Shown: positions 18,224-29,103, numbered from the stretch's first letter. The stretch: DNA of 64,000 nucleotides from Alphaproteobacteria bacterium (GCA_963667785.2 CAXXMU010000001.1:704001-768000), one strand, 5' to 3'. Made by a program: numbers and translations. The notes: generated by a model from the sequence alone, not told the origin.

Positions 18224-20128
18224 TCAGTTCTGCTGGCTGAAGAGCGCGGACAGTGTGCCGTCGTTGACCGAGATGTCGTGGCGGCCGTAGAGCGCGGCCC
18301 GGTAGACGTTGCTGAGGTCGCCGCGCCAGGCGCGCGTGAGCTCGTCGCGAATCCGGTCGCGCTCGCTGCCGGTCGCGCCCCGGCCGGCGTCGGAAATGCC
18401 GGTCAGCACGGCGACACCCCAACCGCCTACGGTCTCCGCGACCACGGGCTCGTTTGCGTCCTCGTCGGCGCCGAAGAGCGCCTGGATCAGCGCAAAAGAG
18501 ACGTCCTGGCCGGCATTGCGCCCGTCCCGCCGTACATTGTCGACGGTGATTACGGCAAGGCCGGCGTCGCGGGCGGCGGCATCCAGTGTCTCGCCGGCCC
18601 TGACCCGGTCGGCCAGCGTGCTCGCGATGCGTTCGGCCGCCTCGCTCTCCGCCTCGCGCATGAGCGCCTCCCGCACCTGCCCCCGCACCTCCTCCAGCGG
18701 CCGCGGCGCGGGCACCTCCACCTCGTCCACCCGCAGGATGATGTAGCTCCCGTCCGAGAGCTCGGTGAGGAGCGATTCCCTCCCCTCCGACGTCTGGTAG
18801 AGGAGGGCGAGCACGTCGTCGCGCCCGGCGAGCGCGGGTACCGCCGGCGTCCCGCTCCGGTCGAGGCCGTTGGCGGTGACGCCGCTGAGCGCGATCGGCT
18901 GGACGCCCACCACGGCCGCTCCCTGCTCCAGCGAGGCGCCGCCGCCGAGCTCGTCCTCCAACACGGTCGAGAGCCGGAAGAGCCCGGCGCCGGCGAGGTC
19001 GAGCGCCATCTCGTCGTGCAGCGACTGGCGTACCTCCTCGAAGCCCTGGCGCCTGGCCGGGACCACCTCGTTCACCCTGAAGAGGTGCCAGCCGAACGCC
19101 GTCTGGACCGGGTCGCTGACCGAGCCTGCGGAGAGGCCGAAGACGGCGTCCCGCGCGCCCCTCAGCGGCCCGTCTGCGGTGAAGTCGGGCAGCGTCGAGG
19201 TGCTCGCCCCGCGCCCCGCGAGGTCCGCGGCGATGGCGTCGAAGCTCTCGCCCGCTGCAAGCCTCTGCGCGCCCTCGCGGATCAGCGCCTCGTCCGGCGC
19301 GTTGATCTGGGTGACCGAGCGGCGCTCCGGCAGGTCGAACTCGTCGATCCGCGCCTCGTACTCGGCATAGACGTCGTCGTCGCTCAGCTCGATCTCGGGA
19401 AGGAGCGCCTCGGCGGTGAGATGCACCAGCACGCCGCTGCGCCGCTCGGGCGCCATGAACGAAGCCGTGTTCTCCTCGTAGTAGGCGGCGATCGCCGACT
19501 CGCCGGGTTCCGCGAGGCCCCTCATGCCGCGCGCCGAAACCAGCGCGACCCGCGCGCTGCGCTCCTCGGCGCGGTAGCGGTGGAGCGCTTCCGCCAGCGC
19601 TTCCGGCACCTTGCGGTCGCCGCCGATGGTGGCGGTGAGCTGATCGCGGAGCAGGTCGACGCGGATCAGGTCCTCGTACTCGGCGCGCGTCATGTTGTTG
19701 CGCTCGAGCACGAGGTCGTAGAGCTCGGGGTCGAACGCGCCGCTCTCGTTCGCGAAGGCGGGCGCGCTCTCCAGCTCCTGCCGCACGCTGCCGTCGGCGG
19801 CGCGCAGGCCCAGCGCGTTCGCCTCGGCATCCAGCAGGTACTCGCGGACCAGGAGGTTGAGCACCTGGCCCGTGAGGCCGGCGCGATGGGCCTCCTCGCG
19901 CGTGAGATCCGCCCGGCCCGAGCGCTCCCGCTCGCGCTGCAGGGCGCGCTGGAACTCGCGGTCGAACAGCACCGTCGGCACCTCGACGTCGCCCACGGTC
20001 GCCACCGCCGAGCGGCTGCCGCCGGTGAACACGTCGTTGATGCCGAAGGCGCCGAAGCTGAGCGCCAGGATGATGATGACGCCGCGGGCCGCCCATGACT
20101 TGGTGGCGTGGCGTATGGACTGCAGCAT
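18224..20128 (-). CDS. ppiD: PpiD-type peptidyl-prolyl isomerase (SurA N-terminal domain)
   Basis: N-terminal TM (IIILALSFGAFGI), VATVGD, rotamase motif VSDPVQTAFGWHLFRV; divergent from tpiA as in many alphaproteobacteria. Confidence 0.88.
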   Translation of the reverse strand: MLQSIRHATKSWAARGVIIILALSFGAFGINDVFTGGSRSAVATVGDVEVPTVLFDREFQRALQRERERSGRADLTREEAHRAGLTGQVLNLLVREYLLDAEANALGLRAADGSVRQELESAPAFANESGAFDPELYDLVLERNNMTRAEYEDLIRVDLLRDQLTATIGGDRKVPEALAEALHRYRAEERSARVALVSARGMRGLAEPGESAIAAYYEENTASFMAPERRSGVLVHLTAEALLPEIELSDDDVYAEYEARIDEFDLPERRSVTQINAPDEALIREGAQRLAAGESFDAIAADLAGRGASTSTLPDFTADGPLRGARDAVFGLSAGSVSDPVQTAFGWHLFRVNEVVPARRQGFEEVRQSLHDEMALDLAGAGLFRLSTVLEDELGGGASLEQGAAVVGVQPIALSGVTANGLDRSGTPAVPALAGRDDVLALLYQTSEGRESLLTELSDGSYIILRVDEVEVPAPRPLEEVRGQVREALMREAESEAAERIASTLADRVRAGETLDAAARDAGLAVITVDNVRRDGRNAGQDVSFALIQALFGADEDANEPVVAETVGGWGVAVLTGISDAGRGATGSERDRIRDELTRAWRGDLSNVYRAALYGRHDISVNDGTLSALFSQQN

Positions 20129-20364
20129 CGCGGAACCCGCCGGCTGGTGGAGGCGCGCCGCGGATAGCGTCAGGCGCGCTGCGCCGGATAATAGGTGCGG
20201 CTGCGGGCGCCGGGCAACTCGGAACCTGCCGGCCCGATGCCGGCCTGGCTACGGCCCGGGCGATGCTGGCCCCCCGGCGCGGGCCGTGATAGAGCAGGGC
20301 GGCCCCGGCGGGGATGCGCGTCCGCGCGCCGGGGCGAGAGACCGACAACTGCCGCGCCACCGCC

Positions 20365-21129
20365 ATGCCGCCCGATTCCCGGCCCCGCCGGCCGCTCCTG
20401 GTCGCCAACTGGAAGATGAACGGCCTCCACGCCGACGGGCTCGCGCTCGCCAGCGCGCTCGCGGGCCATGCCGCCACGGGCGAGGGCGGCGACATCGTCG
20501 TGTGCCCGCCGGCGACGCTGCTCTTCGCGCTGAGGGCCGTCTTCGCCGGCTCGGCCGTCGCCCTCGGCGGGCAGGACTGCCACACGGCTGCGGCGGGTGC
20601 CCACACCGGCGACGTGAGCGCGCCGATGCTCGCCGATGCCGGCTGCACCCACGTCATCGTCGGCCACTCCGAACGCCGCGCCGGCCACGGCGAGGGCGAC
20701 GAAACGGTGGCGGAGAAGGCGGCGGCGGCCCACGCGGCGGGGCTCACGGCGATCGTCTGCGTCGGCGAGAGCGCGGCCGATCGCGACGCCGGCCACGCGC
20801 TCACCGTGATCGGCCGCCAGGTCGAGGGCTCGCTGCCCGACGGGGCTGCGCCGGAGAACACCGCGATCGCCTACGAGCCGGTCTGGGCCATCGGCAGCGG
20901 CCGCACGCCGGGCCCGGCCGACATCGCGGCGGCCCATGCGGAGGTCCGCGCCGGTTGGGAGCGGCGATTTTCGGGAAGCGGCGCGGCGCTCCGCGTGCTA
21001 TATGGCGGCTCCGTCACGGCGCGCAACGCAGGCGAGATCCTGGCCGTGCCGGGAGTCGACGGCGTGCTGGTCGGCGGCGCCAGCCTGTCTGCGGACGCGT
21101 TCTGGCAGATCTGCCGGGCGTGGCGCTGA
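20365..21129 (+). CDS. tpiA: Triosephosphate isomerase
   Basis: ANWKMNG, VIVGHSERR, AYEPVWAIG, LYGGSV, LVGGASL. Confidence 0.97.
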   Translation: MPPDSRPRRPLLVANWKMNGLHADGLALASALAGHAATGEGGDIVVCPPATLLFALRAVFAGSAVALGGQDCHTAAAGAHTGDVSAPMLADAGCTHVIVGHSERRAGHGEGDETVAEKAAAAHAAGLTAIVCVGESAADRDAGHALTVIGRQVEGSLPDGAAPENTAIAYEPVWAIGSGRTPGPADIAAAHAEVRAGWERRFSGSGAALRVLYGGSVTARNAGEILAVPGVDGVLVGGASLSADAFWQICRAWR

Positions 21130-21160
21130 GCCCGCCGGGTACGAGTGGCAAGGAGCGGCG

Positions 21161-21535
21161 GTGGAAACGATCCTGCTCGTGGTGCTGATCGTCATCGCGA
21201 TCGCGATGATCGGTCTCGTGCTGCTCCAGCGCAGCGAGGGCGGCGCGCTCGGCATCGGCGGCCCGGGCGCGATGTTCTCGGCGCGCGGCACGGCCAGCGT
21301 GCTCACGCGCGCGACCGCGGGCCTGGCGGCGGCCTTCATGATCCTGAGCCTGGTGCTCGCCATCCTCTCCGGCAGCTGGACGGAGCGTGAATCGGTGCTG
21401 GATGCCGCCGAGGAGGAGGTTCTTCCGGCCGAGACGGAGCCGCTGCCGCTGCCGGGCGAGCTCGATCTCCCCACCGATATCGACGCGCTGGACCTGCCCG
21501 CCGACGACGGCCCCGCCGCCCCCCGCGCCGAGTAG
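21161..21535 (+). CDS. secG: Preprotein translocase subunit SecG
   Basis: VLLQRSEGGALGIGG...ARGTASVLTRAT; lies between tpiA and pyrG. Confidence 0.93.
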   Translation: METILLVVLIVIAIAMIGLVLLQRSEGGALGIGGPGAMFSARGTASVLTRATAGLAAAFMILSLVLAILSGSWTERESVLDAAEEEVLPAETEPLPLPGELDLPTDIDALDLPADDGPAAPRAE

Positions 21536-21603
21536 GGCGCCGCCCTGAAATTTTCCGCCGCCGGGTGGTGGCGAATCGGACTCCTTTGCTAAGGTAGGGG
21601 TCC

Positions 21604-23232
21604 ATGACGCGGTACATCTTCGTCACCGGCGGCGTGGTGTCCTCCCTCGGCAAGGGACTCGCTTCGGCGGCCCTGGGCGCGCTCCTGCAGGCGCGGGGCT
21701 ACCGGGTCCGGCTGCGCAAGTTCGATCCCTACCTCAACGTCGATCCGGGCACGATGAGCCCGTTCCAGCACGGCGAGGTCTACGTCACCGACGACGGCGC
21801 CGAGACCGACCTCGACCTCGGCCACTACGAGCGCTTTACCGGCGTGCCGGCGCGGCGCTCGGACAGCGTCACCGCAGGGCAGATCTACCAGACCGTGATC
21901 GCCAGGGAGCGGCGCGGCGATTATCTCGGCGGCACCGTGCAGGTGATCCCCCACGTCACCGACGCGATCAAGGAGGCGATCGTCCGCGACAGCGACGGCG
22001 CCGACTTCGTGCTGGTGGAGATCGGTGGCACGGTCGGCGACATCGAGGGCCTGCCGTTCTACGAATCGATCCGCCAGTTCGCCTACGAGCAGGGCCGCGA
22101 CAGGGTGATGTTCGTTCACCTGACTCTGCTGCCCTACATCGAGACGGCCGGCGAGCTGAAGACCAAGCCGACCCAGCACTCGGTAAAGGAGCTGCGCAGC
22201 ATCGGCATCGGCCCCGACCTTCTGCTCTGTCGGGCGGACCGCCCGATCCCGCCGGCGGAGTGCAAGAAGATCGCGCTCTTCTGCAACGTGCGCGAGGACT
22301 GCGTGATCGCGGCGACCGACGTGGAGACCATCTACGAGGTCCCGCTGAGCTATCACATGCAGGGCTTCGACACCCAGGTCATGCGCTATTTCGGGATTCC
22401 CGAGGCGCCGGCGCCGGACCTCTCGCAGTGGGAGGAGATCGTCAGGCGCACGCTCTCGCCCGAAGGCGAGGTGGCGATCGCCGTGGTCGGCAAGTACACC
22501 GGGCTCCGCGACGCCTACAAGTCGCTCTTCGAGGCGCTGACCCACGGCGGGGTGGCCAACAGCGTCCGCGTCGATACCCGCTGGATCGAGGCCGACGACC
22601 TGGAGGCGGACGGCGGCGGCGGCGCCCTCGAATCGGTCCACGGCGTGCTCGTGCCGGGCGGCTTCGGCGAGCGCGGCGTGCCGGGCAAGATCGCCGCGGT
22701 CGAATACGCCCGCACCCGGGCCGTTCCCTATTTCGGCATCTGCTTCGGGATGCAGCTCGCGGTGATCGAGACCGCGCGCAACGTCGCCGACATTCCGGGC
22801 GCCGGCTCCACCGAGTTCGGCCCCTGCGAGGACCCGGTGATCGGGCTCATGACCGAGTGGAACCGGAATGGCCAGGTGGAGCGGCGCAACGCCGGCGACC
22901 AGCTCGGCGGCACCATGCGGCTCGGCGCCTACGAGGCGGTGCTCGAGGAGGAAAGCCGCGTGCGCTCGGTCTACGGCAGGGAGCGGATATTCGAGCGCCA
23001 CCGCCACCGCTACGAGGTGAACAGCGCCTACCGCGAGCGGCTGGATGCGGCCGGCATGCGCTTCGCCGGCCTCTCGCCCGACGGCGCGCTGGCGGAGATC
23101 GTCGAGCGCCCCGACCATCCCTGGTTCGTGGGCGTGCAGTTCCACCCCGAGCTCACCTCGCGCCCCTTCCAGCCGCACCCGCTGTTCGCCTCCTTCATCG
23201 GGGCGGCGGTGAGGCAGGCACGGCTGGTGTGA
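21604..23232 (+). CDS. pyrG: CTP synthase
   Basis: [50 protein letters not shown]. Confidence 0.98.
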   Translation: MTRYIFVTGGVVSSLGKGLASAALGALLQARGYRVRLRKFDPYLNVDPGTMSPFQHGEVYVTDDGAETDLDLGHYERFTGVPARRSDSVTAGQIYQTVIARERRGDYLGGTVQVIPHVTDAIKEAIVRDSDGADFVLVEIGGTVGDIEGLPFYESIRQFAYEQGRDRVMFVHLTLLPYIETAGELKTKPTQHSVKELRSIGIGPDLLLCRADRPIPPAECKKIALFCNVREDCVIAATDVETIYEVPLSYHMQGFDTQVMRYFGIPEAPAPDLSQWEEIVRRTLSPEGEVAIAVVGKYTGLRDAYKSLFEALTHGGVANSVRVDTRWIEADDLEADGGGGALESVHGVLVPGGFGERGVPGKIAAVEYARTRAVPYFGICFGMQLAVIETARNVADIPGAGSTEFGPCEDPVIGLMTEWNRNGQVERRNAGDQLGGTMRLGAYEAVLEEESRVRSVYGRERIFERHRHRYEVNSAYRERLDAAGMRFAGLSPDGALAEIVERPDHPWFVGVQFHPELTSRPFQPHPLFASFIGAAVRQARLV

Positions 23233-23239
23233 GGGCGCA

Positions 23240-24079
23240 GTGGGGGTGACGCCCGCCGAAGGCCGGGTGGCGATCGGCGACTTCGAGGTCGGCAACGCGC
23301 TTCCGCTCGCGCTCATCGCCGGCCCCTGCGCGATCGAGGGGCGCGATCACGCGCTTCACGTGTCGGAGAAGCTCGTCGAGATGACGGCGGCGAGAAACAT
23401 GCCCTTCGTCTACAAGAGCTCCTTCGACAAGGCGAACCGCACGTCGGGCGAGAGCCCGCGCGGCATCGGCATGGAGGAGGGGCTGGCGATCCTGGAGGCG
23501 GTGCGCGAGGCCCACGGCTGCCCGGTGCTGACCGACGTGCACCTGCCGGAGCAGTGCCGGGCGGCGGCCGAGGCGGTGGACGTGCTGCAGATACCGGCTT
23601 TCCTCTGCCGCCAGACCGACCTGCTGCTGGCGGCGGCGGCGACGGGGAGCGCCATCAACGTGAAGAAGGGCCAGTTCCTCGCGCCGTGGGACATGCGCCA
23701 CGTGGTGGCGAAGATCACCGGCGCCGGCAACGCCCGGGTGCTGGTGTGCGAGCGCGGCGCGAGCTTCGGCTACAACACGCTGGTCTCGGACATGCGAAGT
23801 CTGCCGCAGCTCGCGGAGACCGGCTGCCCGGTGGTGTTCGACGCCACCCATTCCGTGCAGCAGCCGGGCGGGCGGGGGGCGGCGAGCGGCGGCCAGCGCG
23901 AGTTCGTGCCCGTGCTGGCACGGGCCGCGGTGGCGGTCGGCGTCGCCGCGGTCTTCATGGAGACCCACCCCGCGCCCGACGAGGCGCCGTCGGACGGCCC
24001 CAACATGGTGCCGCTGGACGCCCTGCCGGCACTGCTGGATCGGCTGCGCGCCTTCGACGAGCTGGCCAAGAGACCATGA
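23240..24079 (+). CDS. kdsA: KDO8P synthase
   Basis: [53 protein letters not shown]. Confidence 0.97.
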   Translation: MGVTPAEGRVAIGDFEVGNALPLALIAGPCAIEGRDHALHVSEKLVEMTAARNMPFVYKSSFDKANRTSGESPRGIGMEEGLAILEAVREAHGCPVLTDVHLPEQCRAAAEAVDVLQIPAFLCRQTDLLLAAAATGSAINVKKGQFLAPWDMRHVVAKITGAGNARVLVCERGASFGYNTLVSDMRSLPQLAETGCPVVFDATHSVQQPGGRGAASGGQREFVPVLARAAVAVGVAAVFMETHPAPDEAPSDGPNMVPLDALPALLDRLRAFDELAKRP

Positions 24080-24090
24080 GGGAGAGAGCG

Positions 24091-24990
24091 ATGAAGGACG
24101 GATGCGTGTTCATCGGCGGCGAGTACGTCGCGCCCGGCGACGCCAGGATGTCGATCTTCGATGCCGGCTTCGTCTGGGGCGACACGGTCTACGACGTGAC
24201 GTCGACCTGGGGCGGCTGGTTCTTCATGCTCGACGAGCATCTCGAGCGCTTCGAGCGCTCCTGCACCGGCTTCCGGCTGGAGAACCCCCACGACAGGGGC
24301 GACATGCGCCGCATCCTCGCCGAGTGCGTGGCGCGGACGGGGCTGGAGAACTGCTACGTGAAGATCCAGCTCACCCGCGGCGTGATCGAGAGCCAGACCC
24401 GCGACCCGCGCCTGGGCGCGCCCGCCTTCGTCGCCTACGCCACGCCCTATGCCTGGATCTGGGGCGAGGAGAAGTGTCGCAACGGGGCCGCGCTCCATCT
24501 CAGCGGCGTCGAGCGGGTCTCGTCGAAGGCGATCGACGCCCGCTACAAGAACTACAACCGGGCGGACTTCGTGCAGGCCCGCTTCGAGGCCTACGACAGC
24601 GGCTGCGACGATGCGCTCCTGGTGGGCGCCGACGGCGCGCTCACCGAGGGGCCGGGCTACAACATCTTCGTCGTCAAGGACGGCGCCGTGGCGACGCCCG
24701 ACGCCAACGTGCTGGAGGGCATCACCCGGCGCGCGGTCGCCGAGCTCTGCGAAGAGGAGGGCATCCCCTTCGCCTATCGCCGGGTGGAGCCCGAGGAGCT
24801 GGGCGCGGCGGACGAGCTCTTCGCCAGCACCACGGCGGGCGGCGTCATGCCGGTGGTGCGGCTCGGCGAGAAGCCCATCGGCAACGGCCATGCCGGTCTG
24901 CTCACCAGCCGCATCCAGTCGCGCTACTGGAGCAAGCGCGCCGACGGCTGGCATGGCACGCGGGTCGACGAGATTCGCGACGCGGCGTAG
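24091..24990 (+). CDS. Class IV PLP aminotransferase (BCAT / R-selective amine transaminase-like)
   Basis: FDAGFVWGDTVYDV, HLERF, KNYNRAD, LTEGPGYNIF, LEGITRR, STTAGGVMPV; an alternative ATG at 24076 overlaps the kdsA stop. Confidence 0.85.
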   Translation: MKDGCVFIGGEYVAPGDARMSIFDAGFVWGDTVYDVTSTWGGWFFMLDEHLERFERSCTGFRLENPHDRGDMRRILAECVARTGLENCYVKIQLTRGVIESQTRDPRLGAPAFVAYATPYAWIWGEEKCRNGAALHLSGVERVSSKAIDARYKNYNRADFVQARFEAYDSGCDDALLVGADGALTEGPGYNIFVVKDGAVATPDANVLEGITRRAVAELCEEEGIPFAYRRVEPEELGAADELFASTTAGGVMPVVRLGEKPIGNGHAGLLTSRIQSRYWSKRADGWHGTRVDEIRDAA

Positions 24991-25004
24991 CGGAACGGGC
25001 CGTT

Positions 25005-25686
25005 CTGGAGGGTTTCCGCTTTACACGGAAACGCTCCAGCCTCTTGGTCGCTCACAGCAGCCGGCCGTCCCGCGATTCCGCGCGCCTGCCTGCCGTCATT
25101 CGATACCGCGCGCCTGCCGGCGCGACGGGGACCGAGCATCGCGCCCCGCCATGGCGACCGAAAGTGGGATTCGCCGGAGGGGGGGCATGCGGGATTTCGT
25201 GGGATAGCGAGGGATTCCGGCGGGACAGGCGGTCTCCATATCCCACCTGAGCACCTGAATCCCACTTGAGCACCGGCTCCCCCTGCCGTGCCCCGCTCCT
25301 TCCCGCTTGTCTTCGCTCTCCCGCATCATGCCGCCACCCTCGCACGGACACCCCCTGCCGTGCACCGCACCATGGTCCGGGCACCCGGCTGGGAGCGCGC
25401 GCCTGAGTCGCTCGTGCCTGCAAGGTCACGAGCGCGGCACATGAAGGTCGCGAGCGCGGAAGCAGGTCGCGCCAGGCTGCCAGCGTTCGATCTGCACGAA
25501 CCATCCGATTTCATCGTCATGCCCGGACTCGTTCCGGGCATCCACGTTCTTTATCCCTGCCACACCAAAGCTCGTAGATGGCCGGAATAAATCCGGCCAT
25601 GACGTGAAGAAGGAACGGCGCACGGTCGCGAGCGCGGAAGAAGAGTCACGGCCTGTCGCGTATCCGTCAAAGACGGATACGCGCTA
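25005..25686. repeat. Split copy of the ~150-bp CTAG-bounded palindromic element enclosing other repeats
   Basis: Left arm 25005-25067 (CTGGAGGGTTTCCG-CTTTACA-CGGAAACGCTCCAG...) and right arm ~25646-25686 (GCGTATCCGTC-AAA-GACGGATACGC) match the two ends of the intact copy at 50287-50437. Confidence 0.8.
25516..25603. repeat. Alphaproteobacterial REP-like doublet (GTCATGCCCGG...CCGGCCATGAC)
   Basis: Hairpins ATGCCCGGA-CTCGT-TCCGGGCAT and ATGGCCGGA-ATAAA-TCCGGCCAT with GTCATG/CATGAC ends. Confidence 0.75.
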
Positions 25687-26673
25687 CCCGTCCACGTAGT
25701 CCTCGATGTACTGGCGCACCACCTCGTCGAGCGGCGGGTTCTGCGGCAGGCCGAGGGAGGTCGCACGCTCGGCCCTGGCGTAGGCCGGCCAGGAGCCGAC
25801 CAGCCGCTGCACCCCCTCGTCGGGCGCGTCCGTGACCGCGCCGAGCCTGCGGCCCGCGCCCACCCGCTCCAGCGCCGCCACCATCTCGCCTGCGGTTGCC
25901 GAGAAGGAGGGCAGGTTGATGGTGCGGTCGTCGCCGAGCGCCGCGCCCGGCACCTCGTGCAGCGCCACCAGGCTGTCCACGATGGTGCGGTAGCCGCCGA
26001 GGACGATGCGCGTCTCGCGGCTCACCGGCAGCGCGTGGTCGATGCCGGCGAGCGGCTCGCGGAAGAGCCCGCTGGCGAAGCCGGAGGCTGCCTTGTTGGG
26101 CTTGCCGGGGCGCACGATCACCGTGGGCGGCCTGCCGCCGCGGCCGTCCAGCCAGCCCTTGCGGGTGTAGTCCGCCAGCAGGTGCTCGTTGATGACCTTG
26201 GTCACGCCGTAAGTGCCCTGCGGCGTGATCTTGGTATCGTCGCCGATGGTCTCCGGCAGCGCGCTGCCGCCATAGACCGCGATGCTGCTGGTGAAGACGA
26301 GCCGGGGCAGGCCGGGCGCGGCGCGGCAGGCCTCGAGCACGTTGATGCCGCCCGTGAGGTTCACGCTGAGCGCGAGGTCGAAGTCCTGCTCGGCGCCGGC
26401 GCTCACCACCGAGGCGAAGTGGAAGACCGAGAGCGAAGGGCCTGCGATCAGCGCGCGCACCGTCTGGCCGTCGGACACGTCGCCCGCGACCATCTCCACC
26501 CGCTCGTCGTCGAGGCCGGCGGGCGGCCGCTCCGGCACGGCGGCGTCGAACAGGACCAGCCGCTCGATCGTCTCCTGCACGCCGGATGCGCCGGTCAGCG
26601 TTTCCCTCTCCAGGAGCGCCCGCGCCAGCCTCTGCCCGAGGAAGCCCAGCCCCCCGGTGATCACCACCTTCAT
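25684..26673 (-). CDS. denD: D-erythronate dehydrogenase-like NAD-dependent epimerase/dehydratase
   Basis: ITGGLGFLG, VFHFASVVSAGAEQDFDL, FTSSIAVYG, YGVTK, VRPGKPNKAASGFASG. Confidence 0.75.
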   Translation of the reverse strand: MKVVITGGLGFLGQRLARALLERETLTGASGVQETIERLVLFDAAVPERPPAGLDDERVEMVAGDVSDGQTVRALIAGPSLSVFHFASVVSAGAEQDFDLALSVNLTGGINVLEACRAAPGLPRLVFTSSIAVYGGSALPETIGDDTKITPQGTYGVTKVINEHLLADYTRKGWLDGRGGRPPTVIVRPGKPNKAASGFASGLFREPLAGIDHALPVSRETRIVLGGYRTIVDSLVALHEVPGAALGDDRTINLPSFSATAGEMVAALERVGAGRRLGAVTDAPDEGVQRLVGSWPAYARAERATSLGLPQNPPLDEVVRQYIEDYVDG

Positions 26674-26835
26674 GCGTCCTCTCCATCCGCCCGGCCTCGT
26701 TCCCTCTCAACATATCCTATTGGCAGGGCGGGCCGGTATGCGGATGATAACCGCGCGGTCCGGCCCGCCCCGCGCCGGCGCGCAGCGGGGCAGGGCGGGT
26801 CGCGGCGGGGCATGACGGCGTGACGGGGGAGCGGG

Positions 26836-27984
26836 ATGACGACAGGTGCGGCGCTCGGGCCCAACGAATCCCTGATCGACGAGCGCGAATCGCGGGCCCG
26901 CCTCATCACCCCCGCGCTGGTGCTCGATCTCGACGCGATGGAGCGCAACATCGCCACCATGGCGGCCTACGCGGGAGAGCAGGGCGTCGCCCTCCGCCCC
27001 CACGCCAAGACGCACAAGAGCGTGCAGATCGCCCGCCGCCAGCTCGATGCCGGCGCGCTCGGCATCTGCTGCGCGACGCTCGGCGAGGCGGAGACGCTGG
27101 CGGCAGGGGGAATCGAGGGGCTGTTGATCACCTCGCCGATCGTGGCGCCGGCCAAGGTCAACCGTCTCATGGCGCTCCGCCGGGACCACGAGTCGCTCAT
27201 GGTGGTGGCCGACGACATGGACAACCTGCGCGCGCTCGAGGCTGCGGCCCAGGCCTCCGCCCTCGTGCTGGACGTGGTGGTCGACGTCGATGTCGGGCTT
27301 CACCGCACCGGCGCCCGTGACGCCGAGGCGGCGGCGGCGCTGGCAGAGGCGGCGGACGCGAGCGTCAGCCTGAACTTCGCCGGGCTTCAGGGCTATGCCG
27401 GGCACGTCCAGCATATCGAGGATTTCGGCGCCCGCCGCACGAGCTCTCACGGCGATCTCGCGCCGCTGCGCGAGGCCCGCGAGAGCCTCACGGGCCGCGG
27501 CATCGAGGTGCCCATCGTCACCGGCGCCGGCACCGGCACCCACGACATCGACACGGAAATCGGGCTGATGACCGAGCTCCAGGTCGGCTCCTACGTGGTG
27601 ATGGACGTCGAGTATCTCGACGTCCAGGCGCAGGACGGCGGCGACTGGCGCTTCGAGCCGGCGCTCTTCGTCCGCTCGACGGTGGTCTCGGCCAGCCATG
27701 ACGGCAGCGCCACCATGGATGCGGGCCTCAAGTGCTTCGCCACCGACGGGCCCATGCCGCGCTTCCACACCGGCGTGCCCATCGGCGCCCACTACGAGCA
27801 TTTCGGCGACGAGCACGGGCGCATCGTCTTCGCCGGCGCCAACGAGAGGCTGGCCATCGGCGCTGCGCTCGAGTGCATCGTGCCGCACTGCGACCCCACC
27901 GTGAACCTCTACGACCACTATCACTGCGTGCGCGGCGAGACCCTGGTCGACATCTGGCCCATCGAGGCCCGCGGCCGCCACTAG
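26836..27984 (+). CDS. D-threonine aldolase/DSD1-family PLP enzyme
   Basis: TPALVLD, LRPHAKTHK, GLQGYAGH, TGAGTGT, ELQVGSYVVMD, GDEHG, PHCDPTVNL. Confidence 0.88.
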   Translation: MTTGAALGPNESLIDERESRARLITPALVLDLDAMERNIATMAAYAGEQGVALRPHAKTHKSVQIARRQLDAGALGICCATLGEAETLAAGGIEGLLITSPIVAPAKVNRLMALRRDHESLMVVADDMDNLRALEAAAQASALVLDVVVDVDVGLHRTGARDAEAAAALAEAADASVSLNFAGLQGYAGHVQHIEDFGARRTSSHGDLAPLREARESLTGRGIEVPIVTGAGTGTHDIDTEIGLMTELQVGSYVVMDVEYLDVQAQDGGDWRFEPALFVRSTVVSASHDGSATMDAGLKCFATDGPMPRFHTGVPIGAHYEHFGDEHGRIVFAGANERLAIGAALECIVPHCDPTVNLYDHYHCVRGETLVDIWPIEARGRH

Positions 27985-27999
27985 CGGCGCAGTCGAACC

Positions 28000-29103
28000 A
28001 TGGCGTCGATCTCCCTTGCGGGCCTGACCAAGCGCTTCGGCGACCTCACGGCGGTGGCGTCCCTCGATCTCGAGATCAGGGACAAGGAATTCGTCGCGCT
28101 GCTGGGGCCGTCGGGCTGCGGCAAGACGACGACGATGAACATGATCGCCGGCATCGAGACGCCGTCGGAGGGCCAGATCCTGTTCGACGGCCGCGACATG
28201 CGCACGGTGCCGGCCAACCGGCGCAAGGTCGGCTTCGTGTTCCAGAACTACGCCATCTTCACCCACCTCTCGGTGCGCGAGAACCTGGCCTTCGGCCTCA
28301 AGGTGCGCAGCCTGCCGAAGGCCGATGTCGAGCGCCGCGTCGCCGCCATGGCTCAGCTCATGCGGCTGGAGGACCGGCTCGACTGGCCCACGGCGAAGCT
28401 CAGCGTCAACGAGCTGCAGAAGGTCGCGATCGGCCGCTCGGCCATCACCGAGCCCGAGATCTTCCTGCTGGACGAGCCGCTCAGCAATCTCGATGCCGCC
28501 TTCCGCGCCTTCATGCGGACGGAGCTCAAGCACCTGCAGCACCAGTTCCAGCAGACCATGGTCTACGTCACCCACGACCAGATCGAGGCGATGAGCCTCG
28601 CCGACAGGATCGCCGTGATGGACCTCGGCGTGCTGCAGCAGTACGGCTCGCCCATCGAGGTCTACAACGAGCCGCGCAACGTCTTCGTCGCCAACTTCAT
28701 GGGCAGCCCGAGCATGAACCTGGTGCCGTGCCGGCTCGCGGGCGGAGACGGCGCCTACGCGCTCGACTTCGGCGAGGGCGGGAGCGCGTCGGTCGCCGAC
28801 GAGGACCTCAAGCGGCGCTGCAAGGCGGCGCGCGATGGGGCGCTGGTGTTCGGCGCACGGCCCGAGGATCTGGACATCGCGCCGCCGAGCCACGACGGGC
28901 CGGCCATCGAGGCGACCGTCACCTTCGTCGAGCCGATCGGCCCGCGCACGATCGTCCATCTGGCCGCCGGCGAGCGGCGCATGAAGGTCGCCAAGGGCAA
29001 GCAGTACGGCATCGAGCTCGGCGCCCGGGTCAAGGCGGTGCTGCCGCCCGGCAAGTGTCACCTGTTCGACGCGGAGACGGGCGAAGCGCTCGGCATCGCC
29101 TGA
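28000..29103 (+). CDS. MalK-type ABC ATP-binding protein (degenerate signature)
   Basis: GPSGCGKTT, LSVNELQK in place of LSGGQ, LLDEPLSNLD, YVTHDQ; C-terminal TOBE domain. Confidence 0.9.
   Translation: MASISLAGLTKRFGDLTAVASLDLEIRDKEFVALLGPSGCGKTTTMNMIAGIETPSEGQILFDGRDMRTVPANRRKVGFVFQNYAIFTHLSVRENLAFGLKVRSLPKADVERRVAAMAQLMRLEDRLDWPTAKLSVNELQKVAIGRSAITEPEIFLLDEPLSNLDAAFRAFMRTELKHLQHQFQQTMVYVTHDQIEAMSLADRIAVMDLGVLQQYGSPIEVYNEPRNVFVANFMGSPSMNLVPCRLAGGDGAYALDFGEGGSASVADEDLKRRCKAARDGALVFGARPEDLDIAPPSHDGPAIEATVTFVEPIGPRTIVHLAAGERRMKVAKGKQYGIELGARVKAVLPPGKCHLFDAETGEALGIA

Noticed and set aside
18086-20861. 670-aa and 895-aa ORFs overlapping ppiD/tpiA
   Set aside because: Arg/Ala/Pro/Gly-rich off-frame or antisense translations caused by GC-biased codon usage.
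25140-25480. Possible CRISPR array from short direct repeats
   Set aside because: Repeats are 13-16 bp, only 2-3 copies each, irregularly spaced, with no cas genes.
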